From the human T2T-CHM13v2.0 reference genome, Homo sapiens, in NCBI RefSeq assembly GCF_009914755.1, contig NC_060938.1: a stretch of DNA of 64,000 bases. One strand, given 5' to 3'. The stretch's first letter is position 1. Each line of letters starts with the position of its first letter. Positions 43,991 to 55,399 of the stretch are shown in pieces. Position numbers and translations under genes: made by a program. The notes below the pieces were generated by a model. It was not told the origin of the DNA, did not search any database, and was given only the letters and a program-made list of their open reading frames with translations.

Positions 43991-44265
43991 GTCCAGTATA
44001 TCAAATGCTTTCAAGGAAAAATACAGCTGGCAAACACTAGCTTACTTCAGAACACAGCTCTACCCTTTATGAAGTTTTACTATGTCTAGTCTTTGTTTCT
44101 GTAACTGTCAATATCTTTAAAATATAATTTTGGTAAATTTTCTGGCTTTTTTCTCTTTGCTGTAACAGAAGAATTAGCTTGCCAAAAACTGGTCCATCCT
44201 ATCTAGAGACAGAAATTTCTAAGGATATCATTATTCCCTTATATTAGACTGTCAAAATGGCTTGA

Positions 44266-44767
44266 TATATTAGTCAGGGTTCTCCAGAGAAACAGAGCCA
44301 GTAGTCTGTCTTTGTCTTTGTCTTTGTCTGTCTGTCTGTCTGTTTACCTACCTACCTACCTACCTATCACCTATCTTATAAGGAATTGGCTCATACAATT
44401 GTGGGGCTGAAAAGTCCCATAATCTGCTGTTTGGTAAATGCAGGAAAGCCAGTGGCATAGTTCAGTCTGAGTCTGAAGGCCTGAGAACCAGGGGAGTCAG
44501 CAGTGTAAATCCAGATCTGAGAGCAGGAGAAAATGATATGGGATACCCCAGTTCAAGTAGTGAGGCAGGAACGAAGTGATGAATTATTTCCTCCATCTTT
44601 TGTTCTGTTCAGACCTTCAATGGATATAATTAGGCCTACCCACAACGGGCAGAGCATTTTACTGAATCCACATGTTAAAATGTTTATCTCATCTGCAAAC
44701 ACCCTACAGAAATAATGTTTAATCTGGCACCTCATGGCCAAATTGACACATAAAATTAACCATCCCC
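44266..44767 (-). mobile_element. MLT2B (B4-like) solo LTR
   Basis: tattagtcagggttctccagagaaacagagcca...gtctgaaggcctgagaaccagggg...ttgacacataaaattaaccatc; TSD CTTGA (44261-44265 / 44768-44772); internal compound STR ~44305-44370. Confidence 0.9.
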
Positions 44768-44774
44768 CTTGATA

Positions 44775-46450
44775 TAAAATTCTAACTTAAATATTGTTCG
44801 CCTTTAATGCTTTTAAAAAGTACTTTGTCATCTTAGTACCTTCACTTTTTTATTGAAAAGTCAAATGTAAACCTAACTTTTTGATTGTTGATTATTTTAT
44901 TCTCTTCAGAGATTTTTTTACAATCTTCCATTTGTCTTTGATATTCTTAATATTCTTATCCTCGTGTTCACAGTGGTTTTTCCATTTTCTTTCATTATTG
45001 GCATATTATTATATCCCAATATATCTGAGTTACTTTATCATTTTTTAATTCTGTAAAATTTATCTCTATTACTTAATTTTTCAATTCCTCTTCACCCTTG
45101 TCTTTTAATCTCTTATTATCCAAAATTGCATTTCCATTTCTATCATGCATGTTTCTTGGCTTTGTTTTCTTTTATATATGCTATTTCTCTCTAGGGAAAT
45201 GATTCCACCATGGTACCCTTAACAACCGTGCACATATCTACATAGGCCACGTAGGAAACCACAGCTGATCTGAGTCCTGTCAGAATGTTTTATAATCCTC
45301 CTGGAACATGAGAAAAAGAGAGACTTGTGAAGAACTATTGACAGGACCTTTTTTTATTCAACTCTCTATCTACCAAGAAGGCTGTCATGAGACAGTTTCT
45401 CCTCACCTTTCTGGTTCTGATAAGGTGTGAGAATATCTGCCTCACCCATCCTAAAATATATACAGTTCTGTCAGACTGATTAGTTGTGGCATGGCATTGG
45501 CTCCTTGGCAAGAGTGTGTCCGATCATTAGTGTTGCAGTCATACAGCCCTATTGATTTGGTAGCATCCTATGGGATAAATAATTCAGGGAGCTGGGAATA
45601 TGACTATTCTTGCATTCCTGCTTTCATTGTGTTTATAAGCTAACAAACTGTGTGCATGTTAAAAGGGCTTTTCTGTTTTTTATTTTTTTACCAATGGAAT
45701 CTACCAGGACTTACCTTTGCCTTGATATTCTCCTTCTGCTGCTTCTAGGGAAGTTTCTCTATATAATCATCCAGCTAATTTCTTTAGCTGTATCTATCAT
45801 ACCATTTGCTTTCATCTATAATGTTCTCTTCATCCAACTATTATTTTTATACCTGTATTAGTTCATTTTCACACTGCTGATAAAGACATACCCAAGAATG
45901 GGTAATTTATAAAGAAAAAGAGGTTTAATGGACTCACAGTCCACGTAGATGGGGAGGCCTCACCATCATGGTGGAAGGTGAAAGGCACATTTTACGTGGC
46001 AGGAGGCAAGAGAGAATGAGAGCCAAGTGAAAGGGGAAACACCTTATAAAACCATCAGATCTCATCAGACTTATTCACTACCATGAGAACAGTATGGGGG
46101 AGAACTACCATGATTCAGTTATCTCCCACTGAGTCCCTCCCACAACATGTGAGAATTATGGGAGCTATGATTCAAGCTGATATTTGGGTGGGAACATAGC
46201 CAGAATATAACCATACCCAATAATTCTTGATTTTTAGTAATCTCAATCTTTTTATATATTAACATCTTTCCGTATCTTCTTACATATATTCATTATTTTT
46301 ATTTCAATTCCTGATCTGTCTCTTCTAATAATTCTACTTCATGGTGAATTTTTCAAATTTCAAAATTTTCAGAGTTGTTTTCCTTTTACAGTGGTGTCCT
46401 CCTCAATTGTGTAGTTATTTTTCTTCGGGTATGTCTGCTATTCCTTCTGG
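44775..46450 (-). mobile_element. HAL1/L1ME-like fragments flanking THE1B
   Basis: T-rich antisense ORF1-like decay (attgaaaagtcaaatgtaa; ctgggaa/ctgtaaaatttatctctatta). Confidence 0.4.
45854..46213 (-). mobile_element. THE1B solo LTR
   Basis: tgtattagttcattttcacactgctgataaagacataccc...gagaattatgggagct...atttgggtgggaacatagcc; flanked by atacc. Confidence 0.92.
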
Positions 46451-48394
46451 TAATGTGAATTATGAAAGAGTCAAAGACCTGGCCCCCATCTAGTATGAGT
46501 CCTCATGACTTTAAGGAGAGTGAGGTTATTTGCTCTACAACAGACAGTTCCAAACCTTCAAAAATACTGTTGGTGGCTCCCATTTTCTTCCACTCTGCCA
46601 AGTAATTCTTCTTTTCAGGGTTTTGCCTTTAAACCCTAAGATAGAGGCAGCACTTGGGGCACGATATCTTCTTAGTTTGTTATTCTTCAGTTCTTAGGGT
46701 TTGAAGTGATGAGAATTGATGAGCAATTACCTGACTGGCAGCTGGTAGGACTTCCCTTTTTCCCCTCAGAACTTTTGTTTGCCTTAATTAGACCTCTGTG
46801 TAAACCTCTAACCAGCATTTAGAGTTATTGCTAGTAATGCCTGTGGTGATGTTTTAGGTAGTAATTGTCTCAAAGTAATGCAAGGGAGAAACAGGAAGAG
46901 AACTTCAATTACTTTTCTCTAATCTATTCTTCAACTCCTCTGATGGCCTTATCTTCAAAGTTGCAACTACTAAACCATCTTCTTTCTTCACTCTCTACAA
47001 AACTGTTCAAGAACCATTTTTTTCCTCCACTGGTGTTTATCAGTCTCTGTCACCCTTTCTCTTTCTAGTTCCCTGAATTTATATTTCCTTTTAGACTCTA
47101 TGATTTCTCCAAAGTTGATTTTGGGGAAGGAATCAGTAAGCCATGCTAGTTTTTCATCTTGTCAAGAAAAATATATTACACAATTTTAGAACCCAATCAA
47201 ACCTTAAGGAACATACACATTTTTGTTCTTCATATAATCGTTTAGAAACAGTAGACTTTGAGTAAGTAATGGTTGCCCCATGGTCATACAGTCAGTTTAT
47301 GGTAGAACAGATTTTTTTTTGCTGTAGTTCTTCAACTAAACATTGATTCATTACCTCAAAGTCGCTGGGCCTTAGTTACATTAACTTTATAATTGTATGG
47401 ATATTTATAGGCAAGTTCTTGATCTTCTTTGCCTAAATGTCAATTTCTATTTTATTGAGAGACAAGCTTCTAGAAGCCTCCACCATGAGGACTATCAAAT
47501 CACAAAAAAAAATTTACTTGAACTACTAGAAGCATGATTGGGAGATCTGGACATAATGATATTAAAGAGGTGCAATAAAATGGTGTGTCTATGAATATGT
47601 GAAAGAAATGACTAAATCCACTTGGACATTTCCTACTCCTATTTCCCCCACGAACTCTTTTACATATTTCAGCATAGGTAGGTTTTGCAACTGACTTTGA
47701 AATACTATAAATTGAATACATTAAATGTCAATACTTCTCCATAATAACAGACTTTGGGTGCCACAGTCATATTCCTATAGCACTGTGGTGACGCATGGTT
47801 GACACACGGCCTGCATACAGATCATTGTGTTCAGGGTGGAACATTAGTAAGGAATAGAAAGGATATCAGACTCATATTGTACAATACAACCAGATGTGGG
47901 TCTGTTGACATACCAGCTGGAAACTCTTCACATTTAGGTGAATTTGGAAAATCATATGCATGTTAATATAAAGGGTCAATTTAATATTTAAGAATTTGTA
48001 TGGTTTCCATGGATTTTTTAAAATTGAAAATTACAGAAATTCAGATAGGTGGTATGAAAGTAAATTTTGGCTGCCACTGTACTCCTTGGCACCTAGGGAT
48101 TTTTTAATTCCTTATTTTTCATGAAGCATTTTTAGTTTTATGAACTTGTTTAGTTGTTTTAGAGATTCTTCTCTATGTACTGAGTTTCATGTACTCAGGC
48201 TTAAAGAGATTAGCAGTATAGGATAAAATATTAGGATAGGCAATAGAAAAATACATTCCTCAGACATCTTTAACATTCTTCAAACATAATTATGAAAATC
48301 ATACTGTAAGAATGCTTTCAGGCACTGCCATGGACCCAAATGTTATCTGAGAATAAAGCTGAATGAAGAGAGCAGGGAATCATATGGATCTCCT

Positions 48395-48600
48395 CCGAAA
48401 CACTGGCTCTCATATATATTAGCCATAGATCTTGGATGAATTATGCTGGGTTTTATTTTCTTCATCTGTAAAATGAGAATAATGATACTTCATGGAATTG
48501 CTGCAAGGATGAAATGAGGTGTGTAGGTAGAGTACCTCGTATAATATCTATCCATAGTAAATAACCAATAAATGGCTTAAATAATAAGTGAAGTCACTAA
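48395..48600 (+). mobile_element. MIR SINE
   Basis: ttttcttcatctgtaaaatgagaataatgatacttcatggaattgctgcaaggatgaaatgag. Confidence 0.8.
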
Positions 48601-48989
48601 GAACATTTGTCTGGTCACTGATATGAAGTATATTCATTACAATTATATTTTTAAAATGCTTTGAGTTTCTATTTTCTTTAAAGAATTGTTTAATATAGTT
48701 TTGATATTTCCAGATGTGAGGACCTTTTGGTTTTTGGCTTGTGTTTATAATTTCTGATTTCATTGTGTTCTGAATAGAGAAGTATTTGTATTATTCCTGA
48801 TTTATCAAACTTCTTGAGATTTTTTATGACCCCAAATAAGATCAATTTCAATGGCCCTTGAGGACATTATCTCATGTGTCTTAGAGAAGAAGAGATATTC
48901 TCTTATTTATTAATAGTGTGTGTGTGTTTGGTATGAGATGGCATTTCTCTCTAGTCTGAAAATTACAGTAAGAATTATCATTATTATTA

Positions 48990-51745
48990 TATCTGAGTTT
49001 ACTAAATTCTGTGTGCATGATTGTATCTCTGCAAGTGGTAGCACTTTATCACCAAAGACAAGGTGGGAGTGAATACTGTAATAGCAGATTTGAAGCAATA
49101 CACAAAATATTGTAAGTCACAATGATCTTTAGCATTGGTTGGTTGATGATGATGTTCCAAGAACTGAAATAGATGGGCAGTGTTCTAAAGCTTACTTGTT
49201 CTGTGTAAGTGGAAAGAATTAACAGAAGTTAGACTTGACTCATTAAAACATAAAGTTGAGGCTTTTCAGCCAATTACAGACTTCAGCCAATTCATAAAAC
49301 CAAAGACCGTTTAACAGAGAAAGTCTGAGTCATTCTACTCTGAGTAAGAATCCTTAATGTATACTGTTAATCTTCCTACTAGCCTTCCTAAATGTACCTG
49401 TGACAATTTCCTAGACAGTTATACATGTAAGTGTGTATACTTAGTGAAAGGCTGATAATCAGACTGTTTAGTTTTTAATGGACAATGGCTTTGTGCCAAT
49501 ACAAATTCTTAGTGACATAAAACTCTCTCTGGGTCTACCAGAGAGAGTAGGGACTTATGAAGAACAGGTGGTCAGTGGAGTTTTGTTTTAGATTTAGTGC
49601 ACCCACTGTGTCCCTGAACTCACCCTATGGTTATTCCTAGGTTCTAGTAGGAATAATTTGAAGTGATATACTCAACAATTGGCAAAATTCTTACATTAGA
49701 CATTTTAACAGTCGTAGAATGAGCTATTTTGTTAGGCAAGGCCAGGTGGAAGCCAGTAGAAGTAACTGTGATGGTTAATTCTGTGTGTCAACTTGGCTGT
49801 GCCACAGTGACCAAATAAATATTTGTCTACACATTATTCTGGGTGTTTCTGTGAAGGTGTTTTTGGATGAAATTAATATTTAAATTGACAGACTTCCAGT
49901 AAAGCAGATTACTTTCCATAATGTGGGTAGATCTTATTCAATCAGTTGAAGGCTTTAATGGAACAAAGACTGACCTCCTCAAGCAAGAAGGAATTCTGCC
50001 AGTAGACTGCCTTTAGAATTCAAACTGCAAATCTTCCCTGCCTCTCCAGACTGCTGACCTGCCCTGCAAATTTTGGACGTGCAGTCCAGAAAACAGGTGG
50101 AGCTTATGAATAGTGGATTATCATAAGCTTAATAAGATGACAATTCCAATGGAAGTTGCTTGTTCAGATTATTTTTTATAGTAAATCAATATATATCCTG
50201 GTACAAATACACAAATTTGATATCTGGCAAATGCATCTTTATTTTTTTCTAGTAGTAAAGACTAAAAGCAAATGCTTTTAGCTGGCAGAACCAGCATGGC
50301 ACCACAAATGTCTTATCTCAGGGCTATATAAATTCTCTAGTCCTATGTCAAACTATAGGCTGCAGTGAATTTGGGTGATTTTTTTCACAGGAAACTATGG
50401 TGGCCTATTACATTGATGATATGCTGCTTATTAGAGCTGGTGATCAGGAAGTGTCAACTACTCTATCTTGGTAAAAACACAAGCACGTCTAAGAATTAAA
50501 AATCTCACAGAATTTTGGGGGCCAATTACCTCCATAAAATTTCTAAAGTTATAGTGGTTAGGGTTATGTTGAGATATCCCTTTCAAGATGAAGAAAAGTT
50601 GCTACATTTAGTCCAACCTACTTCTAAAAAAGTGATGCAATGCCTAGTAGGCCTCTTTGGCTTTTGGAGGCAACACATACCTCCCTTGGGGGAGCTACTC
50701 TGACTTTTACCAAGTAACTGAAAAACAGAGTTTTGAGTAGTGTCTTCTGTCTTGAATAAGTAAAGACTCTGAAACAGGTCCAGGTTTCTGTGATAGCTGC
50801 TTTGCCTCTTGGGACAGGTGTCCCAGTAAAATACAGTGGGGCTTGAAATGCTCATGACATGTAGAAATGCATTATAGAGCCATTAACTAGCATGTGTCTA
50901 AAAGTGAATCACAGCCCAGACCTATAGGCTTTTGGACAGATTATGCTGTCTTCCACAGATAACTGTTTGCTTCTTGGGAAACACCTGCAAGCCTCAGTAG
51001 AGGCTGAATGCATAATCATTGTTCACTAAGTTATCCCATTATAAACTAGCCATAAATTGGGCATGCATAGCAACCTTCCATCACTAATTAGAAGTGGCAT
51101 ATATACAAGACCAGGCTTGAGCACGTCTGGAAGGCACTAGGAAATTGCATGAGCAAAAGGCACAAATGTACATAATCTTACATTCTGGCTCCATTGTCTC
51201 TTATCTCTCGATCGCTACATGGGCCTGGTTAATAGATGGTTCAGCTGCAGAACTATAATTTCTCTCTGCGGTCTTCCTGAAGGACAGTGGTGTAGGAAAA
51301 TATCCCACTAGGTAGAACTTTGAAAAGCACACCAGGTTGTTTATTCTGGCTGGAGGGAAAAATAGAGATATGAATCTTTACTAAATTTTCACAAAAAATA
51401 ATTATATGAATGGTATTCAGGAACCAATTAGAAGATTGATGACAATGAGGTTTTGGCAGAAAAAAGTATGTAGATATTTTGCTCTAAATGGGCAAAGAAT
51501 GTTTGTAAAATTTTATGTTTCATGTGAATACTCATCAAAGATAAATCTCAACAGAGGAGGATCTTAATAATCTTAATGGTCAGCTATATAATATAACCCA
51601 TTTTGTGGGTGACAGAAAGCCTATTTTGACAGGAATGTCTTTTCTTGACTAACAGCCTTGTGCACAAAGTAGTCATGCCAGCAAGAATGGGGTTGCACAT
51701 GGACTCAGAAACATGGACTTCTGTTCAATTAATCCAGTCTGAAAA
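48990..51745 (+). mobile_element. Old ERVL internal fossil (ERVL-E/ERVL-B4-like gag end, protease, RT, RNase H)
   Basis: Colinear with the HERVL at 54-60 kb: ggccaggtggaagcc (AKWKP), tattacattgatgat (YYIDD), CLVGLFGFWRQHIP in ORF 50515-50703, catgtgaatactcatcaaag (HVNTHQ). Confidence 0.85.
49767..50080 (+). mobile_element. MLT2D LTR (3'-truncated) inside the ERVL pol
   Basis: tgtgatggttaattctgtgtgtcaacttggc...aagcaagaaggaattctgccag...cctgccctgcaaattttggac. Confidence 0.88.
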
Positions 51746-52085
51746 CTACTAATTTGTTCTCCATCTTTACAATTTTATCAGTGCATGAATATTATTTAAA
51801 TTGAATCACAGTAGGTAAGCTTTGAGATTGCCTTTTTCATACAGCATGATGACCTTGCAACTCATGCATATTGTTCTGTGTATCAATAATTCCTTTTTAT
51901 TGCTGTATTCCATTATATAGAGTTACCACTTTTTCTATTTTCATTCACTCACTGAAGGACGTTTAGGTTGGTTCCAGTTTGGGACTATTATAAATGAAAC
52001 TGCAATTTACATACAGATGTTTGTATGAGAAGTTTTCATTTCTCTAGCATAAATGTTTAGGGAGCATGAGTCCTGGATTGTATGG

Positions 52086-52715
52086 TGTGATGATTCGTTT
52101 TATGTGTCCATTTCCCGCAGCGTGCCCAATATTTGCTCACACATTATTCTGGGTGTTTCTGTGAGGGCGAGGTTAACGTTTAAATTGGTAGAGAGGGTAA
52201 AACAGATTGCCTTCCCTATGTATATGGGCCTTCTCCAATCAGCTGAAGGCTTCAATAGAACAAAAAGGCTGATTTTCTCTTGAGTGACCCTTTTCCTGCC
52301 TGACTGCCTTTCAACTGGGATGTCATTTTCCTGCCTTCACACACAAACTGAAATGTCAGCTCTTCCTGGATCTTGAGCCAGTCTACAGACTAGAACTGCA
52401 CCATTTGCTCTCCTAGTTTTTCTGCTTGTTGACTTCCTGAAGATCTTGGGAGTTGTCTGCCTACATCATTGTGTGCGCCAAATCTTTATACTAAATCTCT
52501 TTATATATATTGTGTGTTCTATACAAACACACACACACACGTACGCATGCACTCCTCAACTTATTTGATTTCTCAGATATCACCCCATCCTAAGTCAAGG
52601 AGTATGCTGAATGCATGTGACTGTCACCGCACAGAACAGTCAAAAAATTGTAAGTTGAATCTTTGTAAATTGGGAACTGTCTATATATAATTTCTCTAGA
52701 GACCCTTAATATGTT
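52086..52715 (+). mobile_element. MLT2C/D-like solo LTR
   Basis: tgtgatg..ttttatgtgtc...cattattctgggtgtttctgtgaggg...ggcttcaatagaacaaaaaggctg...tttctctagagaccct. Confidence 0.85.
52545..52683 (+). mobile_element. Tigger5/MER47-like MITE within the LTR microsatellite
   Basis: ctcctcaacttat...cccatcctaagtcaaggagtatgctgaatgc...gtcaaaaaattgtaagttgaa...gggaactgtcta. Confidence 0.75.
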
Positions 52716-54789
52716 AAGCTAATATGTTTAACTTTTTAAAAACCTGACAGACTAATTTCCAGAATTACTGTACTATTTTACACCTGCATTATCAGTACAT
52801 GAGAGAGACAGTTTTTATGCACTCACATCAGAATTTAGTACTGTTAATATACTTTTTAATTGTTGGGATTCTAATAGATGTGTTATGGAATTTTATAATA
52901 CTTTAATTTTTATGTCTCTAATGGTTAATGATGCTGAACATCTTTCATGTGCTTATTTGCCATGGTGTCCAGTGAAGTCTCTGTTCAATTCCTTTGCTCA
53001 TTTTCTAATTGCACTGTATATTTCTTATGGCTGAGTTTAGAGTTTTTTATATATTCTAGATGTGAGTCCTTTGTTGTATGTAAGATTTGCAAACATTTTG
53101 TCCTAATTTTTGGCTTGCCTTTTCATCCTCTTAACAAAAACTTTCACAGAGCAAAAGTTTTTTTTTTTTCTATGAAATAGAATTTATCAAGCTTTTAATG
53201 TATTGTGCTTTGGGTGTCATGTCTAAGAACACTTCACTTAAAGCCTAGGTTATAAAGATTTTTTCCTCTCTTTTAAAGTTTGATTATTTTATATTTAGAT
53301 ATATAATCCATTTGATATAAGGTGAATAGATTATTTTGACATTTTTATTTTTGCCTATGGATGCCCAATTGCTTTGGCACTATATATGGTAAATACTATC
53401 CTTGCTCCACTAATTTCCTCTTGAAAATTTGTCAAAAAGAAGTTGGTCATAGTTGTGTGGATCTGTTTCTCAGTTCTCTACTTGCTTTGTCATTCTAGAT
53501 ATCTGTCCCTCCACCAATCCCACACTGTCTTAATTTTTGTTTTGGATTTCTTCTTTAGAACTCCACCTATAAATATGTTGTTTATTCTTCATATATCTTC
53601 TAAATCTCTAACTTTCTCTCTGATACTTCTATGTTTTTTGTTACTGCTGAATTTTGAAATTGTATTGCAAGTTAATAAATTATATATATGGGGCACAAAG
53701 TGATGTTATGATATAGACATACAATGTGGAATGTTTAAATTAGGCTGACATATCCATCACCTCAAATACTCATCATTTGTTGTGGTGAGAACATTTAAAA
53801 TATGTTCTCAACAATTTTGAAATACATTATACAAAGTTATTCCTCCCATATAACTGACACCTTGTACCTGTATTGGTCAGGGTTCTCTAAAGAGACAGAA
53901 CTAATATAGGATAAATGAATATGTGAAGGGAAGATTATTAGGAGAATTGACTCACACAATCACAAGGTAAAGTCCCACAATAGGCCATCTGCAAGCTGAG
54001 GAGCAAGGAAGCCAATCTCAGTCCTAAAACCTCAAAGGGAGGGAAGCTGATAATGCAGCCTTCAGTCTGTGGCCAAAGGCCCGAGAGCTGCTGGCAAATC
54101 ACTGGGATAAGTCCAGTAGTCCAAAAGCTGAAGGACTTAGGGTCTGATATTCAAGGGCAGGAAGCATCCAGCACAGGAGAAAGACAGAGGTCAGAAGACT
54201 CAGGCTAGTCTATCCTTTCAACGTTCCTCTGTCTGTTTTTATCCTAGCCACACTGGCAGCTGATTAGATGGTACCCACCCAAATTGTGGGTGAGTCTGCC
54301 TCTCCTAAGTCCACTGACTCAAATGTTAATCTCTTTTGGCAACACCCTCACAGACATACCCAGGAGAAATACTTTGCATCCTTCAATCCAATCAAGTTGA
54401 CACTCAGTGTTAACCATCACAAGTCCGCCTCTTGTCAACTTGAATCCATACACATCTCCTGAAAAATATATAACTTCAAATAAAGACAATAATAAGGTCT
54501 TAATTATGCCTAACATAATACAGCTATCCCTCATACAACCAGAAATGCACCAATCCACAACCCGAATACTATTACATAAAGTTAACAACATTTCAGTGCT
54601 GGTATGAAGTCAATAAATCTTATGTCACATGATAAAGGAAATAAAATGAAGGTATTTTCTGAGTATAAGTGTATACATGCATAAACATGTTCTTAACAAA
54701 ATAAGGAGGAAATACTCAAGGCAATTATAGTCCTTGTTTCTGCAACAGGTCACGTGGTCATAGCTGGTATTGATGACTACCTTCTTCTA

Positions 54790-55377
54790 CTATCCATTCT
54801 GTATTCCCTTTGCCTTCAGCAAGCACCTCAGCAGGTCTTGATTTTTTTTTTTATCTATTGAAGTGACCCAAACCTTCATTCCTGAAGGGTCTGGGCCATT
54901 TTCAGTCCTATCTGGATTGGGTTGCTGTAGTTTCCCATTGACCTTAATCATAGGGCATGGTAATACTAAGAGACTTCCTAAAGCATCTCTGGTATTCCGT
55001 GCATACTCTTCCTTACCTCCACTGTGGAGTAGCAGACTGATTTCATCTTGATAGTTGGGGTCAATCACCCCAGCCAATACTGTAACTCCATTCTTTGTCT
55101 GTTGACTTAGAGGTAGGAGGAGCCCAAAGTGGTGAAGTGCCAATCTTAACTTCCAGTTTAACTGAATCATTGTTCTGTCACCTGGTGGCAGCATTCCTCC
55201 CTCTGGAGCTAAGACTTCTAGGCCAGCAGAACATAATGTTGTGGGAACAGGAAGCAAAAATTTTGCTAGTGGGTTACTAGGGGTGATGGTGAGTGGTGCC
55301 ACTTTCATTTCCACCCTTTGATTCCTAGGCTTACGAATCCTGGCTATGGGAGAAACAGTAGCATATATTGGACACAT
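54790..55377 (-). pseudogene. HERVL integrase C-terminus plus dUTPase-like ORF
   Basis: GLEVLAPEGGMLPPGD...FGLLLP...GVTVLAGVIDPNYQDEISLLLH, a dUTPase motif 3-like GVID.NY, downstream of IN as typical of ERVL. Confidence 0.85.
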
Positions 55378-55399
55378 TCAGAGCATACACAGCCTTCTG

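Larger units (their letters stand above)
51748..53530 (-). mobile_element. L1ME/MC fragment split by MLT2C
   Basis: gaaggacgtttaggttggttccagtttggg; atgctgaacatctttcatgtgcttatttgcc. Confidence 0.8.

Noticed and set aside
47759-47790. ccacagt...actgtgg inverted repeat
   Set aside because: A 7-bp stem is expected by chance in 64 kb.
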